A stretch of 64,000 nucleotides of DNA from Azolla caroliniana (GCA_043228905.1 JBHGNT010000013.1:16368001-16432000), one strand, 5' to 3'; shown: positions 23,701-38,142, counted from the first letter of the stretch. Notes: generated from the sequence alone by a model not told the origin. Program-made: numbers and translations.

Positions 23701-26326
23701 TATTCGAATGAACAAAAGGGTTATAAGTGTTATAACCCCCGAACCAAACAAGCTCGCGTGAGCCGCGATGTTGTGTTTGACGAGTCCACGTCTTGGTACT
23801 TACCTCCGACTCCGGACCTCACCTCCAACTCCGGACCCGAGTTCTGAGGATGAGGTTAGCGAGGTTGAAATGCCTCCGGATGACTGCAAAATCAAGACCC
23901 TCGATGAGAGTCTGATTTCATTTCAGCTAAGTGGAACGAACGAGCGACTGGGTTGGTTTGACCATTCCAAAGAAGAGCCAACGAGTAGTGGAGACTCGGT
24001 CGTGCATTCCCCACGCAGGAAGCTGAGGAGACTGCTTACGCGCAAGGAAAAAGGGAAGAAGAAGATGCCGGAGTACGGCACGGATAAGAGCGAGTCGGAT
24101 CGACGCGAATCCGACTCCGAGAAAAGCGATGACGGGCCTTCGAGAGCGAAGTCCGCGTCGGCCAAGAAAGCCTCAACGTCGGCTAATGAGAAATTACGCC
24201 GATCTACCCGTCATAAGAACCCTGTTGTGCGGTTCGGATACAACGAGTACATGGCACATCATTATGCGTACGTGACGCATGTAGCGGAAGTGCGGGAGCC
24301 GAAGAGCTACGCAGAAGCGGCGAAGGATGCAAATTGGCATGCCGCAATGGAGGAAGAGATGCGCGCATTAGTGGAGAATGAAACCTGGGACCTAGTTGAC
24401 ACGCCGAAGGGTGTGAAGCCGATTGGATGTAGGCGGGTGTACAAGGTCAAGTACAACACCGACAGCTCGGTCAACCGATACAAGGTCCGGTTGATAGCGA
24501 AAGGCTACGTGCAGAAGCACGGTGTGGACTACGACGAGACCTTCACGCTTGTCGCGAAGATGACTACGGTGCGTGTTCTGCTAGTCGTAGTTGCGGCGAA
24601 GGGGTGGCATTTACATCAGATGGATGTCAAGAATGTGTTCCTGCAAGGCGAGCTTGAGGAACAGGTGTACATGGTACAGCCCCCCGGATTTCACTCCGGA
24701 ATGAACACTTCGTCGGTCTACTGGTTGAAGAAGTCCCTTTACGGACTAAAGCAAGCCATGCATGCTTGGAACGCGAAAATCACGCAGCGTTTGCGTCAGA
24801 TGGGATTTGCGACGTCCAAATCAGACTCTTCACTGTTCATTCGGCAAGGTCCACTCGGGCTGATTAGTATTTTACTTTATGTTGATGCCTTGGTCATCAC
24901 CGGCGCCGACCTTGGTGAAATTGAAAACGTAAAGGTCCAGCTCGCAGCATCATTTGACATGAAGGACATGGGGGACCTTCATTACTTCCTCGGGATTGAA
25001 GTGATCAGTACCCCCGAAGGCATACTGATCAGCCAACAGCATTACGTGCTGGGTATGCTCTTCAAGTTCAGGATGGCAGATTGTAAGTCCGTCTCGACTC
25101 CTCTGGATAGAACCGTCAAGTTTGCGACCCGAAGAGGTTTCGACAGATTGTCGGAAGCCTCATATACTTGACTATCACTCGACCAGACCTCAGTTACCCG
25201 GTCGGCATGATTAGTCAGTTCATGGCGCAACCAACGGAGGAGCACCTTCAGTGCGCACAACGCGTACTCCGGTACGTAAATGGCACTAAGGACCGGGGGC
25301 TACTATATCAGATCGATACTGCCTCATAGTTAGTCAGTTACACCGATGCTGATTGGGCCGGAAACGCCGGCGATCGTCGATCCACATCCAGATTCACGTT
25401 CTCTCTTGGGAGCGTCGCGATCACGTGGAGTATCAAGAAGCAGCACCAAAGTCGAGTATAGAGGAGCGGTAGTTGCCACATGCGAAGCCATCTGGCTGAA
25501 ATGGCTACTTAAGGATCTGCAAGTGGAGGTGTCCGATCCGACGACGATCTACTGCAACAACCTCAACAGCATCCAGCTAGCGAAGAACCCTATCTTCCAT
25601 GCCCAGACTAAGCACATTGAGGTGCACTACCACTTTGTCCGCGAGTGTGTCCTCTTCGGTGAAGTCGAACTTCAGTATGTTCTAACGGATTGGCAGACCG
25701 CCAACATTTTCACCAAGCCCCTTGGTCTCGACAAGTCGCGGAAATTCTTGGGTGTGCTCGGGTTGCGACACCTCGATGTGCCGAACTTGAGGGGGAGAGA
25801 AGTCCTGGATGACCACGGAAGGGAGCAGGAAAGGAGCGGAAGAGACCGTGACACCAAATCGAATGACGATTTCGATTTCGGGTCGACTGAAGAAGCCGAG
25901 GGCGGATCCGCAAAAGAGTTTGAAAGCGGATGTGAGGGCAGTAGCCAAAAGAAAGAGCCGAAGCCAGCCAAGCATGGGGGAGATAAAGCCACCAAGGGCG
26001 AGAAGACTAAAGACGAGTTGGAGATAGCCAACTCGGATGAGAGCGAAAACCGATCAGAGGAAGCTGATTCGGTTCAAATGTTTGATTCGGAGATGCCGAA
26101 TCAACCGAGGGCCAAGCGGAAGAAAGGGCAGCCAAAGAGCCGCCAACACCGCGACAGCAAGGGAGCTGAGAAGGGCCGCAAGGGCACACACGTTGACCAA
26201 AAGGATCGAGGCGCACGGAATCGAATAGGACAAGGAGCGCGAGCTAGGCGTGAAGCTAGAAGAAACTGGAGTGGTGATTCGGAAGAACCAGAAGAGCCTC
26301 AAGTTAAGCTTGAGGGGGACTGTTGA
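20709..26326 (+). pseudogene. Copia 1 gag-pol with stops and frameshifts and a C-terminal extension
   Basis: WYVDSGESNHM, LWHKRIGH, LIHSDVWGP, SDGGKEY, QMDVKNVFL, LLYVDALVI, TKHIEVHYHFVRE. Confidence 0.93.
21605..22444 (-). mobile_element. Solo LTR (TGTCG-type Gypsy group) inserted in Copia 1 between gag and protease
   Basis: TATCGCG...CTACGACA; flanks ACAC/ACGC; the empty site in related Copia 2 reads CGCACTACGC (about 53318-53327, minus). Confidence 0.9.
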
Positions 26327-29300
26327 GATACAAGCTCAACATTGGCCGGATCGGTGCGTAAACCGGTACTCAAACCGGTGCGTAACGAGAAGTCGTAGCG
26401 GTGCGTAAACCGCGAGGCCGTTGGAAAGATATTCCGCGTAGGAATATATTTTGGAAGTTAGTGTAGAGCTCAGTTATGAGCATTGAGGTACGTGTCAGTA
26501 CTTCTGTCAGTCTGTATGGACTTGTATAAAAGTACTCACTAAGCACATCCTATGTACAGACTGAGTATTATTTTTTGAAATAGAGTTGTGTGTATTGACG
26601 CTCTCTCTCTCTCTCTCTCCCACGTACAGTGTGTGTCCAAGCTCTCCATTAAACCTGTGTTTTCCTACGTTCTGTTTTCTATTGCTTCCGCACGTTCTTT
26701 TCACAGTTTTTCAAAAAACAACCACATTTAGAATATTCTTTTCAAGTGCAATCTATTTTCAGCTGATTCATGAGAAACTTGTAAAGAGCCATAACATGAA
26801 GGAGGCTTGGATTTAGAAATAATGGTACAATATTTAAGGCACGTTGCTTATGAACATTCTAGAACCATAAAATGCTCTCCATATTGCTTATGCACATTCT
26901 AGAACCATCAATGTTGGATGAGCTCTTGTTAAGAAAAGTTATGGTTATTCAATGATTTTTCAAATGCAACCTATTTTCAAATGAGGCATTTTCAAGTGCA
27001 GTCTATATTCAATTGGTTTATAGCACAAAAGAGGCATTGTCAAGTGCAATCTATATTCAATTGATTTATAGCACGCACCAAGCTTGGATTTATAAATAAA
27101 ACTATATTCATTTTTTAAAGCATTGTGATTGAAAGTCCAAGGCATGGTAAAAAAGTTGAAATTCTATTACTTGTAGCAAAAATGTTGTCCATTTTCGAAG
27201 TTTTGTTGGAAGTTTACGGGTAATAGTAGCTTGCACAAGAGAAAGTTTCAAATGAGACCCCTTAGCATCATCAACTTATGTATTCTTGACATAATGGGGG
27301 ATTTTAACACAAAATTTCTCCATCTTGTAAACCCTTTTAGCACAAACAACCAATTACACAAAAAATTTACCCTAAATAGATGTTAGGGTTCACAAAACTA
27401 TCACCATGATTACAGTGGTTTTTACAAAATGACCATTCCAATTAAAGAAGACCAAAAGATGGGGAAGGGTCAAGCTTTCCATGAAGATCCAAATTTACCG
27501 GTGGCTTTGCAGCCTTGACTACCTTCAAAAGCTATTGCTCTTCCTTGTTGAAGTAATGTCCTCATGGCACTTAATTCTCTCTTCTACAATTGGCGGGCAC
27601 AGGTGGTCAAATGAACAAAACCCTTTCCTTCGAAGCCGCCACTATGTTATGGCTCTTAGTGGTGAAGAAGAAGACCCAAATGTGCTTTGAAGAAGAACTA
27701 AGAAAACCTAAAATTTACAGAATACTAAGAAGAAGAAGAAAAACCTTTCAAAACCCTAATGTGCACTCTCATAACCCAAAATGAGCTACCTGAAATAAGT
27801 CATCATCTCTTCTTTTTTATAAAGGAGGTGCTTATTTTTTACATTAAATGCTTATATTCCCTTTTAGCATCGAAAATGAAAAAAGGGAATAACTCTTTTA
27901 TCTGGATGGGCAAAGATTCAAACTCTACAACCATTTCTACAAAGTCAATGGCTCTAACCATTTTTGTATATACATTCACACCTTTTGATTGTCCCCCCTT
28001 TGCCATTTTCCCTATTGTTTAGCGTCAAACATGCTAAATGGTTGTAATGGCTGTTTCTACAACCATTTGTACAAAGTCAATGGCACTAACCACTAGGCCA
28101 TTTACATTTTGTTATTATATTTGTATTTTAGTATATACATATTCACACTTTGTGGTTATCCCCTTTGCAATTTTCCCTAATGTTTAGCTTCGAAGATGCT
28201 AAATGGTTGTAATGACCATTTTTACATACAATCAATATAATTGTATGCTTTACCCGAGAGAGAGAGAGAGAGAGAGAGAGAATAGTAAATATACAGTTTT
28301 TAGTGCCCATAGAGATGTGAGGCTAAAATTGACTCGAGTGACTTCAGTACAAAAGTTTTCTTAATGCATCTCCTTCTTAAGAAAGTTATACATACATTGA
28401 AGCACAAAGCCTTAATGTTCTTTGTTTAATCCATTATTTCAGTTGGGGGTAAAAGAGGTGGGAGATGTAGTTAAGGATCAATCTCAAAGAATTTTGGAGT
28501 TTTTTGACGTACAAAATTATTGCACATCTTGCTCAATTATGGGTTTATAGTGCAACAACTACAAGACATAACATTGATGCATGGTCCTTTACTGCACCAA
28601 ACTAAAGAGCTACTTTTGAGTTGATTGGTGTTTGCAAGATCAGATGTCATTTTTATGAGTGACTACTAATCTCCTCTATCATTTCTCCATTACATCTCTT
28701 TGATGACTATCAACTTAAGAAACAAGAATCTAAGGTGCATAACTCTAATTATAGATAGTGACAAATCTTAAAACATAGTTAGCATTCCAAATTGTCACTT
28801 GTAACAAAAGACTTCATTTGGAGAGTTGTTATTGTTATTTTCTCCATCAACATTGACTAAGAACAAGTGATTAGTTCTTTTGTACCATTCAATTAGACGA
28901 TGGTACTCATTGTTTTATATAATCTATCATTACTCATCAAATTTGGAGTTACTTTTCTTAAATTTTGTCAAAGTTTTACCAAGTTATGTGATGCCTAGAC
29001 ATTGGGTAGTAACACAATTCACACAAGTTGATCCAAAAGTAGAGGTAGTTTTATCAAGTTGTTATTTTGATGCAAAGACATTGGGTAGTAGCACAATTCA
29101 TAAAGGTTAATCCAAAATCAAAGATGGAGATTGGTTTCCTATTTTTGAGAAATTGGGCATTGCACCATAATCGAGATATGCACAATGCTCTTTTATTTGA
29201 TGATAGGCATAACTCAAAGCATATCTAAGAAAGTTGAAGAGATTACTAATTTGGCCATTTTCTTTATTGAAACAAGAAAAAAATCTTCCCTCAATGGAAT

Positions 29301-29791
29301 GCTCATCTTGCCTAGTGACAATTCAACATGTCTCACCACTCATATAGTGGTGAAGACACTCAATTGTGGTATAGTGTTTTTCACACATTTAAAAATATAA
29401 TTGTGTTTGCAACCCAAAAAAACTAGAGAGATGTTTCCACCAACAAAAAGATAAGAAAATTTTAAAACTCTAAGAAGGCCAAAAATCATTATCAATGAAC
29501 CCAAAAGGAACTTTAGAAGATAGTTTTCTTTTCAACTCGGTGCGCACAGTTATATGCCTAAGAAGTGTGGCTTGGTGTGTGCAACTTAAAAAATTGTGCA
29601 AGGCAAGTGCATGCATCAATTGATGGTGAGGACAAATAGTTCGATGGCAATGAATGCTTTGCATCATGGAGAGAGATGACTCGGAAAGAAAATAGCGAGT
29701 GACCTATGAGATGACAAATATCATTACGTTCGGTGTTGGCACATCACAATTACAGTATGGATCATATACATACAAGAGATTTCTCATTTCA

Positions 29792-32700
29792 CTAGATCCA
29801 AGGAAACAATGCATATTCTGCATAGAAGAGATTCCAAATGAACCTATAATATGTTGCAATACCTTCCTGCAAATGAGAAACGCATATATCAGCTTTAGCA
29901 ACACAATGTTTGTCCAAACATGGATTTTAGGCTAATATGCTTACTTTTGTATATTTTGATGCATCCAATAACCAAGTCTGCAAACAGCAAGAATTCATCA
30001 ACCAATGCACAAATAATAAATTTGAATTGTTTTGATCTCAGCCAGTAGTAATAGAACATTGTTAAGCAAACCTGGTAAATGAGAGCTGAGGCTAAAACTG
30101 CATGACTAATGACCATAATTCCTATTCTAAAAACCTGCACATGATCATACAACATGCTGCTCAAAGATCTTCTGGAAATGATCGAATTCAAATAGTTACT
30201 TAGCAGATTTATTTGAGAAATATAAAATAATGACTAATAAGATGTTTCATTGGTTTAAATTTCCTTACAATTTTAATACATTTTCATGCTTACCTCTTTA
30301 GCCTATTTGAGAAAAATGGCACAATAAAATAAAAGGTACATTTATTTAGGATTAGGACTTTCATACATTTGTGACATCTCATTGATTACAATGCCTAATG
30401 AATATTACAACTTCCCACCTTCAATATATGCTAAAGGTTTTAGAACTTTTCATGTCTATTTCTGTACTGAGAAGTTGTATCTGTGTGAGTGTCCATGGGC
30501 AGCAATTTAATATATTTTGAGTATGACACCATTATCTATACCAAGGGCATGGCTCCTCAGTTCCAACAATCTGTCTCTTTTCTAGGTTGGACTATATCAA
30601 GAGACATTAACAATATGTCTATTTCTATACTAGTCTAGATTCTTAAACCAATCCAGTAAAGTGAACTAAAGTTTCATCACAGAAAGGGCAAAAAATGACA
30701 TGAAACTGGAATCAACATACTCAATTTCATTATATGTTGGGTTCAAATTGCATTAATTACAATGGAATAATAAGACAAGTTAATGATGGTTCAAATTGTG
30801 ATGTGACAGTTAAACTTCAGAGTACCACTCTAATACAGAGGCTCAATGGTCTGAAAACGTTTGTACTCAAATTGTTCTATTTATCAGGGTCAATTCTTTT
30901 GAAATTATCATCGTCGGTGGCTAACCATTGAGGATAATGCTTTCAAATTCTTGATCTATAACTGGAAAAAACCTGAAGAAAGCAGTTGGTCCTAAAACCT
31001 CCCTAACAAAGAAGAATGTACACTCATGGCACATGTGTGTTGTGTTTAGCCTCATAAACAGAATGAAAGCTATAACCAATAAATGAGGAAAGACGAACTC
31101 TTATTTTGGCTATTGGCAACACACTAGCATCCAGATTTGTAACCAATCAAAGTTATGTCTAAGATAGGGTATTAGTTGTTCTCAAATAGATGTCTAAAGT
31201 TACTAGCATGTGGATGGTTGTTATCACGTAGTACCTTATCCAAGCACCCATATTCTCTATAAGATTTTGTGATGCATAAATATAACTATAGAAAGAAACT
31301 TGCACTGAACGCACAATCTAAATAAGACAAATTAAGGATAATCTTCAATCATTCAACTACATGGTTTAGTTCTGTACAAGATTTCAGTAAACTGCAATGT
31401 TATATATAAAAGAAATGAATACCTGTGGAAAGAGATAGGCAGCTACCATGGCACCAAAATAATTTACCAATAGCAATCCAGAGCCAAGAAAAGCAATATT
31501 CTGTACGCCAAGTTTTGTTGCAAATGTGGAAATCTTAAATCTGCATTAAACCCTATCAATTATAATCATAATACAATAATTTGCATATGGTCTAAACCAT
31601 AATCTTTTAAAACGGATTCACAGTAACATATCCTTTCTCTAAGAAAAGAGGAAATATTCCAGCATCCAAAGTCTTAAATGTGGACATTAAGACTTGAGCA
31701 GCCCAGTAAGAACCAGCAGATAAATCCCATAAATTCCTGTGAGTGTGGGTTATGTCAATCCAGAGTACCGCAGTGTCTAGAGGAAGCCTAACCAAAGAAT
31801 TTGAGAGTGACTTATCTTGCATATGCACCAAAACGTTATTCAAACAATGGTACAGTATAACTCATGTCTATCCATTGTCCCTAGAAATGGGCTTACAACA
31901 TGTGCTAACGTGTTCGATTTGCCTCTAGAATATCCTATTGTTTCTCATGGAGAATGTCTGTAGATGGATGAGACCCCTGTTTCACTGATGGGTTTGAATC
32001 TCACTAAGGAAACAATCCAATCAGTGGATGGGAATTTGTGGATATGGAACTTATATAATTAATTGATCAATTAATATGGCTGGGAGTAAAATCTGTGTAA
32101 TATCATTGTGAATAATAAATATACATTGTCACACAACCTAAAAATCTCTGAAACTAACTTGTAGATGGTATATTTCAAGTTTTGACTAGGGATAGTACAT
32201 ATGAAATATATAGTAAACAAATATGGGGTAACAGATTGTGAACATACTTGTAATTTCACCAAGTATAAAGCACTGAAAGGATATTGTTATTAACAATGCT
32301 ATCAGTCATACAGCAGGTTTGTGATCAGGGATGAATGGCATAGTAACTCAACTTGCATATAGTATATACATCATTCACACTCTTGCAGCAGACCATACAT
32401 CCCTATTTAGAATGTTTTCCCAACTGCCAATAACAGAAACCATCTAGGAATTTCAGTGATGTATTAATACAATGTAGAAATTTCAGTGATATATTGGCAC
32501 ATATTTTACTCAATACTTAACTATGTAGAAAAAAAAGTAAGCATCCAAGGGTCTATAACATTAAGAAAATACTCACTTGCGATCTCCCTCTACATCTGGA
32601 AGATCCTTAGTAATGGCAATGACCGTTGCAAATAATGTCACAAAGAATGTGATAAACATGATAGGAGGACTGCAAATAGATTCTTGAATTATAACCTGCT

Positions 32701-35332
32701 CTCAATTATAACATTTTGGTTTAAAAGAAACAAAATCGCATACCTCCACGCAAATTTGAGCCCAAGAGAACTCCTCGTAGCGTAGTATACCCCAAAATTT
32801 AGTAAGAACCCTCGGACCTGAATTCAAGCAATTATATTTCATAAAAGAGTTTTTTAAAGAGATTCTAGAACTAAGTGTCTAGTGGATACAAGATGTTCCT
32901 TCTTTTAATACGAGTGACTGATGCAATTAAGTGTTTATCATTCAGAATTCAAACTGACCTATGCAATTTTCAATGTTATAGTCTACAGATCATCCTAAAG
33001 AAAGAAAGTTAATTTTATAATCGAAATGATGAAATTTTTGCCAGGAATCAGAACATGGCTTCTAGATTAAGCCTTCAGGTGGGAGATGCAAATTGTGGAC
33101 TTGAGAAATTTGAAGAGTGCTTAAGCTGAATAGAATCTTATTGGAATCATAGGAAGATCTAATCCATTTGAACATAGTACCAGAAATTCATCATACCATC
33201 TTAAAAAAACTAAATCAATAGATTCTATCAATGAGTAGAAGTAAATTTACATTAAGAAACATACAAAGTTAGGATGCCTAGAAGAATACAACCAAACCAA
33301 CATTCAAACAGCATACATAGTCCCAAACATAGTTTCCAATACAATTCCTTATCAAATCATTTCCAGTTTATGCATATACATTTAGAGCTTATCTATTTTG
33401 AGACAAGCATATACAATGTTAACGTTGTATCTAGATTACCAAAACAGTAAATAAGAGTATAGAAGTCCTTACTGTTGCAATGATTAGGAATGCTGGTACT
33501 GCAAATCTCTTCAATCTCAATGGTGGAACAGAATAGATTGCACCAAGGAAAAGCCCAAGAGTATATAATCCACTAATAAGAGGTCCAAAATTTGTCGCTA
33601 CAATGGAAATTCCAACTATTGCGAAGATTATTACCAATGTCCATGCCGTAGGAACCGAAAGGTCTCCGGAAGCTACAGGCAAGAAAGGCTTGTTGACCCT
33701 ACATCCACCACAACAATCTCTCTGTCCCTCCCTCTCTAGTAACCTATATATCCATCTATCTTTTTTTCATATTAGGGCTGTACACTAGGAGTACACCTGG
33801 GGTTCAAATCTCATACCTGCACCACTTTACTAGATGCCACAGCAGAACATAAGGGTTAATGCATGACCTTCTACTCTACCCAAAAAACCTTACTAACTGA
33901 GCTATATCCATTTAAGAACAGCTCTGTTTCTCTCTCTCTTGGAGATACATAAGCACACTTTCGGGAGCAGTGATTGAGGACATGAAGGAGTTCTGCAAAG
34001 AAAACTTTAACGCTTCTACACAGGCACAACTTGAGATTCCCTCACGCGCATTAGTCAGTGAGAACAAATCTGCCCTTAAGCACAATGTAAAGTACTTTAG
34101 GCGTACTCCAACTGGATCCATGGATCCTCACACCAGAGACACGGCTTACTTTGGAGAATTCAGAGCATCATCAAGCTTTATTGTGCATGATCTTCTGTTT
34201 TGCTTACAGAGGCTGATACTTGATGCCATCAGAGAAAGACTCATGAGATAGTTCACAGTGTGACTTACAGCTCTCTCCCAGGGATATGTAACTTTAAGTC
34301 TTTATCATGCAATTTGCACCTGAATCTTGGTCTCCAGCACAAGGCTTTGTACTACTTTCCTTTTCTTTAGCCTTTCATCTTATATGGTATCATATCTGAT
34401 CATGGTTGTAACCATAGATTGACATATTCGCATTCGTGGGGTTTCCCATTCGAATGCAAACGAATACGAATACAAATGGGTAGTCAAGTATTCGTTTTAC
34501 CCCCCCCAAAAGAAAAGTTTTTTTTTAAATTTCCTAAGATAAAAAAAAGGAACTTAACAATAAATAGGGATAATAAAAGAGGGACTTGACACTACTAAAT
34601 TTTTATAATAAATGTATAGTCGTTTTATTTTTAATAAATAAATAAAATAAAATAAAGGCTCAATAATTTCTCACTTTTTATTTCCTCAAAATTTATGGAT
34701 ATTTTTATCTTGACATTAAAAATGGTACTTCAAACTAATCATATTTTCAAAGTTCAATCTAATCATATTTGTATAATAAATTTAAAAATATTCGTTTTTA
34801 AAAAATTAATTAATTAAAATAAGTTTCATAAACTCTCTTGACACTATAATCTATGAATGAATAATTGTTTTTTTTTGGTGAAATACATTTATTTAAATAA
34901 GTAAATAAATTTTTATATTTATTTTACAAAACGAATGGTTTTTTAATATTCTTGGGGCCATTTTGTATTCTCGAATATTAAGAATATTGCGCATGGAGAA
35001 TATCGCGAATATCACGCATGTGTCAATCCATGGTTGTAACTTTGGTCACAAGGGTATTTTGCAGACATTAGTATGAAATTTCATTTTCTTTTCTTCTTTC
35101 TAGTTGAAAGAAGACTTTCTATACATACGTCATATTCAAAGTCATATAACGTAATATTCGTGTTCGTGCAAGCATTCAAACGTTTGAAAACGAACACTTT
35201 TGAAAAGGGAAAAATGTGTGCTCCTTTTGTTTTTCATTTTTTTTCATTTATTATCATTACAAATTCAGCTCACCCTAGTGGTAAGGAGTCATGCTATTGC
35301 TGTCTATGTCTTGGGTTCAATTCCCAATTTTT

Positions 35333-35383
<51 letters not shown>

Positions 35384-37197
35384 GTACCATGTCATAGCAA
35401 AATTTTATGTTGGTGTGTTATCATAGTTTTTTTCTTCTTTTTTTATTTTCCTATTATTAGAACTAAGTACAACCTAGTGGTAAGTTGTTGTGCTACTATT
35501 ACTTGTGTCTTGGGTTCAATTCCCAACTTTCTCATATCCTCTTGTTAATGTCATGGCAATTTTTTATGTTAGTGTCATGTTCCTTTTTTTTCTTTTTCTT
35601 TCTTTCTTTGTTATTAGAAATTAGCTCACCCTAGTGGTAAGTTGTTATGCTACTACTACCTATGTCTTGGGTTCGATTCCCAATTTTCTCATCTCTCTCT
35701 TGTTAGTGTCATGTCATAGCAAAATTTTATGTTAGTGTTATGTTCTTTTTTTTCTTTGTTATTAGAAATTAGGTCACCCTAATGGTAAGTTGTTATGCTA
35801 CTACTGCCTATGTCATGTTTTCTTCATATTCTCGAATATACATTTTATGAGTTTTTGATCGTTTCTTTTTTTTCTTTCTTTGTTATTAGAAATTAGCTCA
35901 TCCTAGTGGTAAGTTATTATACTACTACTGCCTATGTCATGTTTTCTTCATATTCTCGAATATACATTTTATGAGTTTTTGAATGTTTGATTATAATTTG
36001 TAATGACATATTTTGATTCAATCTCTATAGTTCATACTCATTTTTTTGTAAAGTTCTAAAGTGAGGATAATAGAGATGTCTTGATTCTTAAGAAGCATAC
36101 CAAAAGTATGCATGTGATACAATGCAAATATTGCAACCATACTTATGTTGGTGGTTCACAATGGATTAGAGTCCACTTATTGGGATTGAGAGTGAATCAA
36201 TATATAATATAGACCATAGTCACTCCAATCCAACTTGTCAATCCAATCCAACTTTGAGATGATTTACCATACACATTTGATTGAATCATTCTCGAATGCG
36301 AATGCACATATGATATGTATGGTTCATTCTATGTTCAGAGCATAGATTGACACATGCGTGATATTCGTCATATTCTCTATGCGTGATACTCTCAATATTC
36401 AAGAACACAAAATGGCCCTAAGAATATTTAAAAACCATTCGTTTTGTAAAATAAATATACAAAAAATTAATTATATATGTATAGTTGAGATAGTTTCTAT
36501 ATATGTATATGGATAAAAACAGAACTGACCTTATAGATGCCAACTAGCAGCTGAAAATAACCTTATTCTAAAACCTTACAAAATGAAAATCACAAAAATA
36601 TTCTAAAGAAATCAGATCACATACTTGTCAATTCCGATATCATATATTTGATTTATGCCAACAATATATCCATTCCCACATAAAAGTGCCAGCAAACCAC
36701 AAAGTGCCTTTGGTAAGAGCCCCCAATCAATAAGATGTGAGTTGTCTATCAAAGCTCTTACAACCACCGCTCTGAAAAATCACAGAATTAATTCCAAATG
36801 TCATAATGTTCTGCATGTTATCATAAACAAAGTTCTCCACTCACGTTGTTCCAATAATTGTGCCCCTGATTGTATGAGGACGAAGAAACCTCCAGAAAGC
36901 ATCTTCAAACTCAGAAATTCGTTGTAGGAGGGGAATTTCGGTATCTACATTGGCTGCATCTCCCTATTCCAAGCAGAAAACAATTTCTGTTTTTTGGGCA
37001 CAAATAAATGGTCATAAAATACCAACATTAACATTAATTAAGAAGAAACTATATAAGTTTTTATCCAAGTTTCTTCCTTTTACAGTCATTTCGAATCTCG
37101 GAGGTTCAAAACTCAACCATCATTTTCGTGAATGAAAGCAGATTGTTCCCTAATGCTGCATTATATTGTGTGTGTCTGTGTGCATATTTGATCGATG

Positions 37198-37269
<72 letters not shown>

Positions 37270-37589
37270 TTGCTCAATGAAATGGTGTGGTTATCTTTTA
37301 CAGCAACGTTAAGTATTTCTATCAGATTGTGTTTTGCTTTATAAACATTTCAAACCAGAATGTTCAAAAATTTAACTGATACTTTAGCGAATGTGGCCAT
37401 CATCTCTTAAACATACAGATAATGTATAAACATACACACATCTATGCAAATATAAAGTACATACATACACACAAATATCCAAATCCATATGAGCGCTCTT
37501 GTTTCTAGGGAGTATCCCGTGCTACAGCTATGATATAGAAAATATCCATATACAAACAAACAAATACATATGTATACATCCACAACCAG

Positions 37590-37628
<39 letters not shown>

Positions 37629-38020
37629 CGCACGCACAGATAGATACAAAAATGCTGAATTTGAATGTAATGGAGACCTTGTACCTTTTGCACAGCATCC
37701 GAGTTATAATACCCACTCTGTCCACCCGAAACGGAGCATGGAACCCCGACATTCTTCTCGCGCCTGGAGAGACTGATAATTCTCCCTGTGCCACAAAGTC
37801 TCCTGAAGGCAGCTCCTTGACGTCTTGCAGTCATCCTGCCAATGCTGCTGCTGCTGCTGCTGCTGCATCGGAAGCGGGGGAGGTGCGTTGCAGAGAAGAG
37901 GAGGGGAGGATCACAATGAACAGTGTTGGAGGGGGAAGAAATGGTCCTGAGAAGGGCAGGGTCGGGGGAAGGAAGGCAGGAGCAGGAGGAGGAGGAGAGC
38001 AAGTGACAGGAAGAATCCAT
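29792..38020 (-). CDS. HST: Homogentisate solanesyltransferase, chloroplastic (plastoquinone synthesis); exons 37685-38020, 36845-36963, 36625-36771, 33473-33698, 32744-32817, 32577-32669, 31423-31540, 30072-30134, 29945-29977, 29792-29866
   Basis: Spliced in-frame translation with GT-AG introns: Ser-rich transit peptide; [12 protein letters not shown]; [24 protein letters not shown]; [15 protein letters not shown]; KDLPDVEGD; [13 protein letters not shown]. Confidence 0.95.
34413..35032. mobile_element. hAT-type MITE in HST intron 3
   Basis: TIR CATAGATTGACA / TGTCAATCCATG; perfect 8-bp TSD GTTGTAAC (34405-34412, 35033-35040). Confidence 0.9.
35255..35940 (+). repeat. Tandem tRNA-derived (SINE-head-like) repeats, 3 complete and 2 truncated
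   Basis: CCTAGTGGTAAG...GGGTTCRATTCCC units near 35270, 35470 and 35627; A-box-only units near 35775 and 35900. Confidence 0.7.
36341..36460. mobile_element. Partial inverted copy of the hAT MITE end
   Basis: Reverse complement of about 34914-35032, beginning CATAGATTGACACATGCG. Confidence 0.85.
37200..37267. repeat. (TG)n microsatellite in HST intron 1
   Basis: Direct observation. Confidence 0.97.
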
Positions 38021-38077
38021 GTCTGAGGAGGGCTGGATAAGCTTCAGATACTCCTCCCGATTGAAGGAAGAACCTAC

Positions 38078-38142
38078 TCTGTATATGTATACTCTGTATA
38101 TATGTGTATATGTATACTCTGTATATATATGATGTGTATGTA

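Larger units (their letters stand above)
20152..26705 (+). mobile_element. Full-length degenerate Ty1/Copia element 1
   Basis: LTRs 20152-20620 and 26321-26705; TSD GTTTT; PBS TGGTATCAGAGC (tRNA-iMet) 20621-20632; PPT 26307-26320; gag-PR-IN-RT-RH order. Confidence 0.96.

Noticed and set aside
33912-34251. Short ORFs in HST introns (also 31607-31843)
   Set aside because: No recognisable motif or splice fit; probably decayed TE sequence
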